Shown here: one piece after another, positions 11,661 through 22,559 of the stretch
Position numbering within the stretch: the stretch's first letter is position 1
How the letters are laid out: each line of letters opens with the position of its first letter
From: Balamuthia mandrillaris
Taxonomy: Eukaryota
Reading direction: 5' to 3'
NCBI GenBank assembly: GCA_031835245.2
Contig: JAVKOQ020000054.1
Span: forward strand, 124,001 to 188,000
Length of the DNA stretch: 64,000 nucleotides
Program-made: the position numbers and the translations under genes
Notes under the pieces: generated by a model
The model's database searches: none
What the model was told of the DNA's origin: nothing
What the model saw: the letters and a program-made list of their open reading frames with translations, nothing else

Positions 11661-14624
11661 ATGGAAAGCCGCTCTCTGTTGTTGTTCTTAGGTGTTGTGA
11701 TAATGTTACCACTGGTGCAAGTATGGGCGGTTGAAGCTCTTGACATGTACGCGGTCACCAGAACTAAACCAACTGGCCTGGTGCGACCTTGGGAAGAAGT
11801 CACTGTGTGGGTTCAAGTTGCCGACGCTAGCGAGCCATACTTCAACGTAACAGTGGAAGTTGGTGGATATAACGGCCTTAACGGGATTACCTACGACGTA
11901 TTCTCTGGTAGGTTTTTCTTTTTGTTGTTCCTGTACCCTTTTCCGTTCCTGAACTAACTAATTGATAGCTACATTTGAGGAGGACTCTATTTGGGCTTGT
12001 GAGATTGTACCTTACCCAAACCGCACGGCTGGCTTTGGGCGGTGCACATCCACAACGCCAGCCATCTCATTTGATGAGCTCACTTTTCGTGCAATTGTTG
12101 CCTCGGATATGGAGTCCGTAAGTATTCCTCCAGCTAGTTGCTATCATCAGTGGGTGCTGAGCGATGCCATTACATTCATATGAAGCTCAAGTCATCACAG
12201 TCGGTCTTTGATCAAGGTCTAGTGCAGATATACGGGTGGACAGAGGAGAATGAAATCAAACAACAACAGTTGGCTGGTTTCTGGGTTTCAGTAGGGGCGC
12301 CATCAACAAATTTTAAAGGGCTTATCACCGAGATGGAACCGGAACCGCTGGAGGGATATGTCCCCGGCGTTTCCAGCCACTCGTTCTTGCCCTTGTTCGA
12401 GAATCTTGGCCCATCTAGGGTTCTGTATGCTACCTGCAATATCATTCTGTCTCCGTCGTGGGCAACAAAGTGGGATGCTGAGCGCTTAGCCGCCAACACT
12501 GATTGCAAAATAAGTCATCAAAACGAATCTATTGTGGAATGCAACTCTGCTAATCACGAGCCTGTGCCCAAGAATATGGTTCTGAATTTCTGGTCTGCCA
12601 ATGAAACGTTGGTTCCTCCCAAACTAGGTTTTGCTGTCACCAGTCCTTCAATACGGGAGCCAATTACCGTTACTACCAGTTGCACAACTCCCTACGTCTA
12701 CTCTAATGACCCAACTCCTACTGTCATACTTTTGGGGGATATAGACGCTCAAGTTGCTGCATTTTTCCAAGGTGAAGATTATTTTTTTTTAAACAACGGG
12801 CGCTGATACTAATGACAGTTTGCAAGCAGCCCCAGTTAACGCTTCTGCAACAGTCAATGAAGCAATGCATTGGTCAGTGGATCTAACAAATTATGGTAGA
12901 AGCTCTTCTTTGAACAGCAGGTGTACTTGGAATTTTTCTCTGCCTTTGGAAGAGCATGCGTTCTTTGCATCCACCAACAGGTCGGACTGTTTACCATCAT
13001 TTTCACAAGTAGACGAAATGTTGATGATTCAATGCGTTGGCGACGTGCACCCACAACAACGACTCAGACTTGATTTCCAACTCACCTTTACTCATTCCCT
13101 TCCAGCGTCCTACAACCTACATGTTTCTGTTATATGCCTTGATGAATTGGAAAAAGTGGTGTTGGTTGAACATGCCTCCTTCGTGGTGGTTGGTGGTGAT
13201 TCTGGCAACTCAGATGCAGACCTTTCAAGCAAGGAGATTGACATGGCGTTAAGCTTGGGATTGGGCCTTGGAGTTCCAGTCATGTGCTTACTGTTAGCAG
13301 GAGGATTTTGGTTGTGGAGACAACAACGAACCCGTACTCGCAAGAAGACCCTGTCTGCCATTCAAACAACTGAACTGAAAGATGGATTGAACGGAAATAT
13401 ATGCTCAGTTAATTCGAATAGTACAAAGGACTTGGAACTTGGCTTCTCTTGGGAAATCCCATTTGAAGAATTAGAGTTCAATGATGAAATTGGACGTGGG
13501 TATGTAGTTAGTCATTTATCAGCGCTCCTCTAACGATTCTTTGTTTTACAGGGCGTTTGGAGTGGTTTGGAGGGGAGTGTGGAGAGAAAGTGATGTGGCC
13601 ATTAAAAAACTTCAGGAATCCAACTGGGACGAGTTTGCTGTAGAGTTGGACATTATGCAGTTAAGCAAACCTGCTTACTTCAACATACTGTTACTTACAT
13701 TTCTATTCTCATAGAAAGCTTCGTCCTCATGCAAACGTCTTACAATTATTAGGAGTGGCTTACCAAGATAATGTGCCCTTTTGTGTAACAGAACTAATGC
13801 CCAAAGGGAATTTGTGGCACTTTTTACAAACTAATGAAGGAAAGGAATATATTCAAACCACAACTAATCTTACGCAAATGGCAAAAGAAATTGCAGCTGG
13901 TATGCATCATCTTCATTCTGAAGGAATTGTGCATCGTGACTTGGCTGCAAGAAATTTGTTGCTTACTGAAACAAATGAAATTAAAGTTTCAGGTAAGTAC
14001 AACTAAGAAGAATTTGATGTTTAATCCTTATTTAACTTGCAGTACAGACTTTGGTTTATCTCGCTTAGTTGTTAAACTTGAAAGTGAACAAGAAGTTGTA
14101 GGTCCATTAAAATGGTTTGTGCATTTTTGATTCTTGTTTATTATGTAACTAAAACAAAGTAACAAAAATTAGGATGGCTCCTGAATGCTTTATTGAATCA
14201 AAGTACTCTGAAAAGTCTGATGTTTGGAGTAAGTTACCTTTTTATATTTTAAATTACACTTAAATAATTTTCTTTTATAGGTTATGGAATCACCTTATGG
14301 GAGATTGTGACTTTTGGTAAAGAACCATATTCACAAATGAATGGTTTACAAGTTGCAAGTATGTTAATTAGTGCTGTAAATAAAGGTATGTAATTAGCAA
14401 TATTTTCATATAAAGTTGTTTTTAACTTTTATTTAGAAACTCCAGTTACATCATTAGCAATACCAACCACCACTCCAAAAATTATAATGCAATTGATAAA
14501 TCAATGTTTAAACTTGACTCCTGATCAAAGGTATAATTGATTTTTTAAATCATTTAAAACTTGTACTAATTATTTTTTCTTAAGACCTTCTTTTAAAGAA
14601 ATTTTATCTATTTTAAAAACATAA
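11661..14624 (+). CDS. Single-pass receptor tyrosine-kinase-like protein 2, paralog of the 8189-11286 gene
   Basis: Signal peptide MESRSLLLFLGVVIMLPLVQVWA; TM LGLGLGVPVMCLLLAGGFWLW; kinase motifs WEIPFEELEFNDEIGRG, HRDLAARNLL, DFGLSR, GPLKWMAPE, RPSFKEILSILKT*. Confidence 0.9.
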
Positions 14625-16549
14625 AATATTTTAGAATTGTTGTATTTTACGTATAATTTTAATTTCTTTTCCTCCTTATATATATTATTTCTTTCAGAAT
14701 TTTTCCTTTCAGTGTTCTTTTGATAGTTTTTTATCTAGCTTTATCACAATATTAAAATAAATTTTTGTATTTCATCAATACTTAGAACTGATGTAAAATC
14801 TGAAAAAGAGGAAAGAAGAATGAGGAAAAAGAAAAAACTATCATACAAAGCTAGTTTAAAACATTCAATACCTTTCATTTGTTCCATAAGAAAAAAGAAA
14901 GATAAAAAAGAGAGTAAACCCTCTTCAAACCAACTTAATTCCATAGAATACTCCTATTTTCTGCTTTGAAATATAGCACACTGAACACAAATGGTTTTCC
15001 CTTCTGAGCTCAGTCTCTACTTGAAATTGATATAATTAAAGTACATAAGTTGCTATATGAGAATAAAATGAACGAAATAGCAAACTCTCTTGAAAACCAC
15101 TTAGTGAAAATCTGCATGCCACTTTATAACATAACAAAGCCAAAAGAAGATCATCAGTTTGCATTCTTCACACATTAAATAACTATGCCCAGGCCTATAG
15201 GGCTATGAAAGCCAATTTTATACTATTGTTTCACTGTTTTAAAGGTAAGTGAATGAAGTGAGGACCAAAAGCAACCAACTATTAAAAGTTTCTCAAACTC
15301 TTTTCATCATAAATCTGAAGATTATCCGAAATAGATAATCCTTTTAATTTGGTCAAAGTGCTTACACTTCATGCTTAGCAGCACATCTTACCCAGAAAAC
15401 CTCTAGTATTATGTTTCATCCACCAAGGATCTGTTGACTCAGCACTGGGTCATCCAGAATACTAATCACTCAGGGTAGATCAAAGGCCTTCAAGTTCATT
15501 GGGTCGTCTTTTTGGATGATTTGGGCTCTGCCTATGTATAAATCACAGGAGCACACTTCAAAAAGGTCTTCATATCAAACCATGATATACAATATATTCC
15601 TGAGGAAAACACATACCAAATAGATGATGTGAAGGAATTGAAGAAAAGACCCCCAGAATGATCCTCATCCTCTACATTGATGAGGATGAAGACTAGTTAT
15701 AAAAAATTGAAATAGGAAAAATTTTTCTACTCAACATATGTCCTGTGTTCCTTGGCCAAGACTTTATTCTTAGTATTAACATTAAGGTCATTGGCATTTC
15801 TTTTGACCCTGGCACTACCACTTCTGAGATTCCAACTTATCAACTTAATGCTCATCTTATTACTACTTCTTATCCATGCAAACATCTCTTCTACAGACTC
15901 ATTTGTTGTGTCACAACCTGGCCTTGCGTCATGCCAATCCCTCACTCTTACAACACTCACAAAGGAGAGATAAGATTGGGGTGGTTCTTGGTTTGCTCTT
16001 ATTAGAAAGACCTGCTTCATGTGTACAGTTTCTCTCTCTAATCCTGTTATTCCCTCCTTTTTTCCTCTTTCCCCTCTCCTGTTGTAATGCAATACTTAGA
16101 GATTCTGTTGATTGGCTAGGTGATGTCATCCTATCGATCAGACCGAGATCATGCCGCATGACAGTTGATTATTACAACTTTTGAGAGTTCTATTAGCAAG
16201 AGAGAAAAAGAGAAAAAAGAGCAAAAAAGTGCCTACTACAGTGAGGCAAGTGAAGTATAAAAGCCACAAGGTTCATTACTTGCTTTGGACTGTAGGCTGT
16301 TTGTAGCATTGTTGATTAAGTCCAACCTAACAAAAGAATGGGACAAATGATTAAAAAGGAGTGTATTCCAGAAGACAGCAAGACAACAGCAGGGATTCTC
16401 TGTCATTGCTTTACAGTACACCAAGAGAAAGAGAAAAGAGAGAAGAGAAAGAAGGAAGAAATATAAGAAAGGGATGCTAAGGTCCAGGAAGAGACCTGAA
16501 TTGAGGAGTTAGTAGAATAAAGTTGGTAATTTTCTAACACACCATTGCC

Positions 16550-16730
16550 CTTTCACATCTTTCCAACTTTGACTCTCAATATAATGTGAACCATGTGCAT
16601 CAAGGAAAGCATCACAGCAGCCCCTCTGAACTGCTTCAGTCCAGTCAATTCGCTCCACCAACTATACACTAGGAGAACAAAAGGAAAGAGGAAGTGGCAG
16701 ATGGCCATTTCTTTTTCATTCTTTCTTTTG
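16550..16730 (-). repeat. Dispersed repeat A; inverted homolog at about 25690-25870
   Basis: cactaggagaacaaaagg..gaggaagtggcagatggc is the near reverse complement of gccatctgctacttcctc..ccttttgttctcctagtg. Confidence 0.7.
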
Positions 16731-16954
16731 ACTGAGCGTTTAGTGAGCAGCAAACACTCCCTGCCCCTGCACATGCAGCAGTTTTTGGTGGTCAGTGGTT
16801 TGCATTAGACAAACCAGTGATTTTTGCCTCTGCTATTTTCATATGAGCGGTTTTTGGTAGTTTTTCGCAGTTTTTGGTGGCCTTTCCACCACTGCTGTTT
16901 TTAGCATAAGCAGTTTTTGGCAGCCAGCCACTCATGACAAGCATCAATAGGCAA

Positions 16955-17353
16955 CCAAAAACTATTGTAGTAGTAGTAGTAATAAGAAGTTTATTTGCTT
17001 TGAGAGCAACACCAATCTACATAAAAAGTAAGCATTGTACATACATAGTGTACTCTTACTTCTCTTACTCCCTCATCCTCAATGCCTTCCCAATTGTTAT
17101 TCAAATTCACAAGTGAAAGGTGTTGAATGAGATTTCAGACTGACTTTGTATCATCTAGCTATCCTTTTCATTCCCCTTTCCTTTCTTCTCTTTTCCTTGC
17201 TTTTACATTACTTCCAAAGATTGATAAAATGCAGAAGAACTTCCATGCTTCCAACTTGCTCTTGCTGCCCATAATCTCCAGACTCGTTTACAACTTTGCT
17301 TACATTGTTCCATCTCTTGAGCTCTGTTGCATTTCTTTCCAAAAACTATTGTA
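16955..17353 (-). mobile_element. 5'-truncated non-LTR retrotransposon copy (3' end only) with a 15-bp TSD
   Basis: Reverse complement of about 21080-21450; (GTA)n tail at about 16967-16981; direct repeat ccaaaaactattgta at 16955-16969 and 17339-17353. Confidence 0.9.
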
Positions 17354-17369
17354 TTATTTCTATTGACAA

Positions 17370-17548
17370 TCAAGTTGATATGTGTTAAATGTCAACAACT
17401 GTTTTACACAAAGTGGCAGCTGGCTGGTACAACTTATGCAGGTTGATGGGCTGCTTGGGTCTTGCTAGAGGGAAGGAGGAAAGGAGGGAAGGAGGAGGGC
17501 AAGAAGGAATAAGCAGGAATGTATAAGTGTAAATACACCATAACAACA
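17370..17548 (-). repeat. Dispersed repeat B; inverted homolog at about 26140-26310
   Basis: gcaggttgatgggctgcttgggtcttgctagagggaagg aligns with the reverse complement of cctttcctttagcaaaacccaagcatcagcccatcaacttgc. Confidence 0.7.
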
Positions 17549-17645
17549 AACACAGTACAAACAAAAAGGAGAATCTCCTTTTGCTTTTCACTTGAATTAT
17601 ATGGCAAAAAAAATTATTTTTTGGGCCTTAAAAAAATTATTTTAC
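17549..17645 (+). mobile_element. Solo left end of the AAC-TIR element family (homolog of 21458-21555)
   Basis: aacacagtacaaacaaaaaggagaatctccttttgcttttcacttgaattatatggcaaaaaaa matches the sequence from 21458 onward. Confidence 0.75.
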
Positions 17646-18029
17646 TATAATATTTTTCTATAACAACACTTTTTGATATTGAAATAATTTATTTGTAAAA
17701 CCACTCTTCCATAATACCTTTCCCATTCTTCCTTCTCTCTTTTCTTCACTCAAATAAAGGTCTTTTCCTTTAGTTATCAAGTTGGTATCCATTGAATAGT
17801 TTCTCCACCAATTTTATCATATATTATTGATTTTCTTGTTTAATAAACAAAAATAAATTTTTTGAAAAAAAATAAAAATAAATATTGAAAAAACAAATGG
17901 AGCTGCACTGTACGCAGCTCACTGCTTATATTACAATAAATAAGTACAATAATTTGATGGATAAATTTGTGTTTTTTTGGTACATATCTTACTATAACTA
18001 TCAACACGATTAAGGAAAAAAGTAATGAA

Positions 18030-18100
18030 GTCAAATGGTGCAATGGACAAGATGTTGGTATATCAATCGAAGGGTTCTGAGTTCGAATAATTGAAGAACC
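18030..18100 (+). pseudogene. Degenerate tRNA-like sequence or tRNA-derived SINE head
   Basis: A-box-like tggtgcaatgg (18036-18046) and B-box-like gagttcgaat (18079-18088) at tRNA spacing; cloverleaf stems poorly preserved. Confidence 0.45.
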
Positions 18101-18571
18101 AGCAGGTTAAACAGGCCTATTGTGGCCACTAGTTAATGCATAGGTATTTCGCTGTGTACAGCTTTCTTTCCCAATGAATTATCTAGTCTTATACTGATTT
18201 GAGAAAATAGCCAGCGTTGGAGAAGATGATCAACAGAAACTTTGTGAACAATAGCCACTACTTTGGACAGGTATTTGCAAACTTGTTCAAGTGATTTTTG
18301 AGGTAACAAGCCAAACATTCTCTCAATCAGTGATATACTGCCTCATTGTGGTGATGGTAATGACGATGGTGATGGCAATGGTAATAGCAACAGTGATGTG
18401 ATGACAATGGCAATTACAGGGACAATGGCAATGGTATTGGCAAGAGCAATGACAACAACAACAGCAATAGCAATGGCAAAGACCACAACAGGTCCTATGT
18501 CAATATGGTGGATCTGGCCAGGAAGGAACATCTAAAACTGGGGACCCAAATGGTAATCATTCCCCAAGGAT

Positions 18572-21450
18572 ATGGTAGCTGACCCCAACTGTTGGTCTAC
18601 AATAAAACCAAAGTATGGCTTTGCCAGTTCCTACTCCAAGGTAGGAGCTGTGGAGGGTAGATTGATTGTGGTGAGCGATAAGGACCTTAAGAAGGATAAG
18701 GTGTGCAAAAGGATCTTTGAGCTGGGGCTCAAGCACATTGGAGTGTGGAAGGTAGGGGAGAAAAATGACATGCAGCATTACAAGAAAGGAGAGACTTGGG
18801 TCTGGGACAGATCCAACATGAGGAGTCTTGAGATAAATTTTGGTGATTTTACCAACAAAGAAAAGAGTGAAGAACACCCAACTCCACTTGGGTGGAACTA
18901 GCAGGACAGAGTTGCATCTTTATAATCAATACAGTGTATCTCCCTCCAGGAGGAAGTTGTGGAGAGCCAACAAATGGGACTGGATAAAGTGGAGGAGACA
19001 AGAGAATATCAAGGAATTGCAGAAATGGATTGGTAACATGTGGAGGATAGTGACAAAGCGCAGAGCAGAGCCCAAATGGATCGGCAACATGTGGAGGATA
19101 GTGGCAAAGCGTAGAGCAGAGCTCAAAGCAGTTATTGAGCACCACAGTAGCACAGCAGCCTTCAAGGAACATTGGGCAAAGCTGGGAAGGAAGGATTCTT
19201 CTATTGGGAGCTTGCATTGAGAGGAAGCAGGTCCAGAAGGACTGCCTTGGTCTGGTAGTAACTGGCTTAAGAAGGAGAGTTTTAATCTTGCATGGAGGAA
19301 AAGATTGAGGGTGGGCAAAGCAGCTGGTGTGGACAATATTGATGGGGAAATGATGAAGTATGGAGGTAAACATGTGCAAGATGCAACTTGGACGCTGATC
19401 AAGGCCATTGAGAACCAAGGCATATTCCCCAAGGAGTGGAAACAGGGGGTGGTTATTCCCTTGCATAAGGCAGGAGATCCCCAGAATCCAGCAAACTATA
19501 GAGGTATTACTCTCCTATGCAATGCAGCCAAGGTGTTTGAAGGAGCTATCTTGGTACAATTGAACATACAAGCAAGAGAGCAAGGGTGGATAAGTAATTG
19601 CCAGGGTGGATTTAGAAAAGGAAGGGGAGTCATGGATCAGGTGTGGCGGTTGAAGAAATGCCTGATGAAGAGAAGCAAAGAACGTACCTATATTGCTCTG
19701 TTGGATATCAGCAAGGCATATGACATGCTTGACCATGACATACTGGCAAGGACATTACGCAAAAGAGGAGCAGAAGAGGCAGCAGTGGGTATCATTACAG
19801 AGTGGTACCATGGTATGACGAGTGTTATTCGCATGAATGGGCAGCTTTCAGAGGAATTTCTGGTGGAAAGAGGAGTTAAGCAAGGAGGAGTTTTGTCTCC
19901 ATTCTTGTTCAATGTATACATTGATGTGGTGGCAAGAAAGCTACAAGCTGCAGAGGAGAAGGAAAGAGGAGATAAAGCAAGGAATGTTTGCTTGTTGTTT
20001 GCAGATGACTTGGCAGTGGTGGCCAGCGACCCATTTGAGCTTCAGAGAAGATTGAATGTAGCAGTGGAGGCAGTGAATGCTCTGGGACTTCAGTTCAATG
20101 CAAAGAAATCAGTGGTGCTAGTACAAGGAAAGAAGGCTCATTTTCAAGAGTGGAGACTGAAGGGGGAGGCTGTGAAACGGGTGAAGGAGGCCAAGTACCT
20201 GGGACTGTGGTTTGAAGAAAGTGGGGAATGGACAACTCATGCCAAGGAGAGGATCACCAAGGCCAAGCAAGCCCTCTACAGCCTTAGGCAGCGGGGAGCC
20301 ATTGCCCAAGGCCTTGGTACACGCACTGCCCAGATTGCTGCAGAGGCTATTGTCAAGTCTACCTTGTCATATGGATTATGTATGACAGAGCTTTCCAAAT
20401 CATGGTGGAAGAAGATCGAAGCAGTGTGGAATGAGACAGCAAGAAGTGTATTGCAAGTTCATCGAAGGACTGTGGCGGGGGTTTGTAGAGCAGAATTGGG
20501 CTGGTTGACCATCAAGGCCTACTGTGAGTTGGAAAGACAAGCAGTAATTCATCATGCTGAGAGGCAAGATGGCCACTTTGAGCTACTTGAAGAGGTAAGC
20601 CAAGCAAGTGAAGAGGAAGGGGAGAAGAATGAAGGTGAGGGAGGTGACGGAACGACAGTTGTTGAAAAGAAAGCCAAGAGGATGAGGGCCTTAACTCGAG
20701 TAGCCAAGATGGAGTATGCAGCTGAAGGAGAAAGAGGAACAAGAGCATGGCTATGGCATAACTTCTTGACAAATGGAAGATGTTTGGTTGGACAACAACG
20801 GAGCTTAGTGATTACCAACCCAAGGAAAGAACGTTTGATGAATGCTATTCGCTGTGGTGGACTGCCTATTGGAAAAAAGTGGGGATCCATTCAGCAGTCT
20901 GAGGTGGATAGCAAGTGCCCTGCATGTGATGCTGAGGAAGAAACAGCAGAACACTTCCTGTTAAGGTGTCCTAACCTTTGGGAAGATCGCTTTAGAATCT
21001 GGAGTGTGGACAATGGAAGTGAAGAACAAGTCAGAAAGCTGATTATTGAAGACTGTACAACAAAGCTCCTGTCAAGTGGAAAGAAATGTAACAGAGCTCA
21101 AGAGATGGAACAATGTAAGCAAAGTTGTAAACGAGTCTGGAGATTATGGGCAGCAAGAGCAAGTTGGAAGCATGGAAGTTCTTCTGCATTTTATCAGTCT
21201 TTGGAAGTAATGTAAGCAAGGAAAAGAGGAAAAAGGAAAGGGAAAGAAAAGGATAGCTAGATGATACAAAGTTGGTCTGAAATCTCATTCAACACCTTTC
21301 ACTTGTGAATTGAATAACAATTGGGAAGGCATTGAGGATGAGGGAGTAAGAGAAGTAAGAGTACACTATGTATGTACAATGCTTACTTTTTATGTATAGA
21401 TTGGTGTTGCTCTCAGAGCAAATAAACTTCTTATTACTACTACTACTACT
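18572..21450 (+). mobile_element. Non-LTR retrotransposon, longest copy; 5' boundary undefined
   Basis: Disrupted upstream ORFs, RT ORF, then a 3' UTR ending aataaacttcttattactactactactact. Confidence 0.85.
19305..21215 (+). CDS. Non-LTR reverse transcriptase with C-terminal CCHC zinc knuckle
   Basis: KAAGVDNI, NYRGITLL, QGGFRKGRG, LDISKAYD, GVKQGGVLSPFLF, LLFADD, KYLG, CPACDAEEETAEHFLLRCP; same frame as ORF 18840-19220, separated by one TGA. Confidence 0.95.
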   Translation: MRVGKAAGVDNIDGEMMKYGGKHVQDATWTLIKAIENQGIFPKEWKQGVVIPLHKAGDPQNPANYRGITLLCNAAKVFEGAILVQLNIQAREQGWISNCQGGFRKGRGVMDQVWRLKKCLMKRSKERTYIALLDISKAYDMLDHDILARTLRKRGAEEAAVGIITEWYHGMTSVIRMNGQLSEEFLVERGVKQGGVLSPFLFNVYIDVVARKLQAAEEKERGDKARNVCLLFADDLAVVASDPFELQRRLNVAVEAVNALGLQFNAKKSVVLVQGKKAHFQEWRLKGEAVKRVKEAKYLGLWFEESGEWTTHAKERITKAKQALYSLRQRGAIAQGLGTRTAQIAAEAIVKSTLSYGLCMTELSKSWWKKIEAVWNETARSVLQVHRRTVAGVCRAELGWLTIKAYCELERQAVIHHAERQDGHFELLEEVSQASEEEGEKNEGEGGDGTTVVEKKAKRMRALTRVAKMEYAAEGERGTRAWLWHNFLTNGRCLVGQQRSLVITNPRKERLMNAIRCGGLPIGKKWGSIQQSEVDSKCPACDAEEETAEHFLLRCPNLWEDRFRIWSVDNGSEEQVRKLIIEDCTTKLLSSGKKCNRAQEMEQCKQSCKRVWRLWAARASWKHGSSSAFYQSLEVM

Positions 21451-22559
21451 CTCCTATAACACAATACTAACAAAAAGGGGAATCTCCTTTTGCTGTTCAC
21501 TTGGATTATATGGCAAAAAAAAATATTTTTCAGGTCTTCAAAAAAATATTTTTTTAAAAACTTAATTTTCAGTCAAAAAAATAATATTTTGCCTTTAACA
21601 AAAAGAATAAAATAATGTTTTTTGATTTCTAAAAATATTTTTTATGGTCTGAAAACATTTTTTAAGTTCTAAAAATTAATTATTTTTTATAAAGCATTAT
21701 TAAAAGACATTTGATATAAAAAAATTTACTATTAAACATTAAACAAAACTCAAAGATTTATGAATGCTTTTTTTCGAATCTATCTAATTCTGTATAAATT
21801 TGAGCTTTATAAGCAACAGATAATCATTTGTGATCTGAGGTTAATATTAAAGGACCTCAAATAAATGATGCTTGATGTATGTTTTGAGTTTCCTTTTGTA
21901 AAAAATAACGTTGACCTCATTTTGTATACCATGATATAGTAGCTTTACAAGCTGTTGTAGAATGTACAAATGCAAGCTAAAAGTCCTCTGAAGAACTATC
22001 TTTTGGACAAATAGCAAAATGTGATTGGATAAAATATGGAAAGGTATGCAAGTAGCACAACCAGATGTTGTGACTTGAAAATTTGATTGAAGAGGAGGAA
22101 GAAGCTGAAGTCAAAGAAAGCAAAATAGTGAAAAAAGTAGATTGAGTACCTCAAATGCATTCCTCTTCTACACAAGATTTGGGTATCAAATGAGGAATAT
22201 AAAGATAGATTTGGAAATCCTTTTACCAAAGAAATGGGTTTGCTCCAAATTTGAGTAATGCTTTATGAAAGGTGGAAAACATTTGATTCACATCTTTATG
22301 AGTATGTCCAGGTGGCAAAAAGCAAAGTTTGATCTTGGAAAACATCTTGAGATGCACCAACCAACATAAAAATGACCTGCCCTCCAACATGGCCCATTTT
22401 ACAAGTGAAATCCAACATTCATGCTCCTTGGAGCAAACACCCTCTCCACCTCCTTCACTAAAACCATCTCATGATATTGAAAGGAAAAAAAAAGAAAAAG
22501 CAAAAAAACAACAACAAAGACCTCTTCCAAACACCAGGCCAAAAAAGCAAAAAACCATC

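Noticed and set aside
14950..16500. Short ORFs at the left edge of the island
   Set aside because: Stop-riddled, with no motif I can recognise; probably decayed TE sequence.
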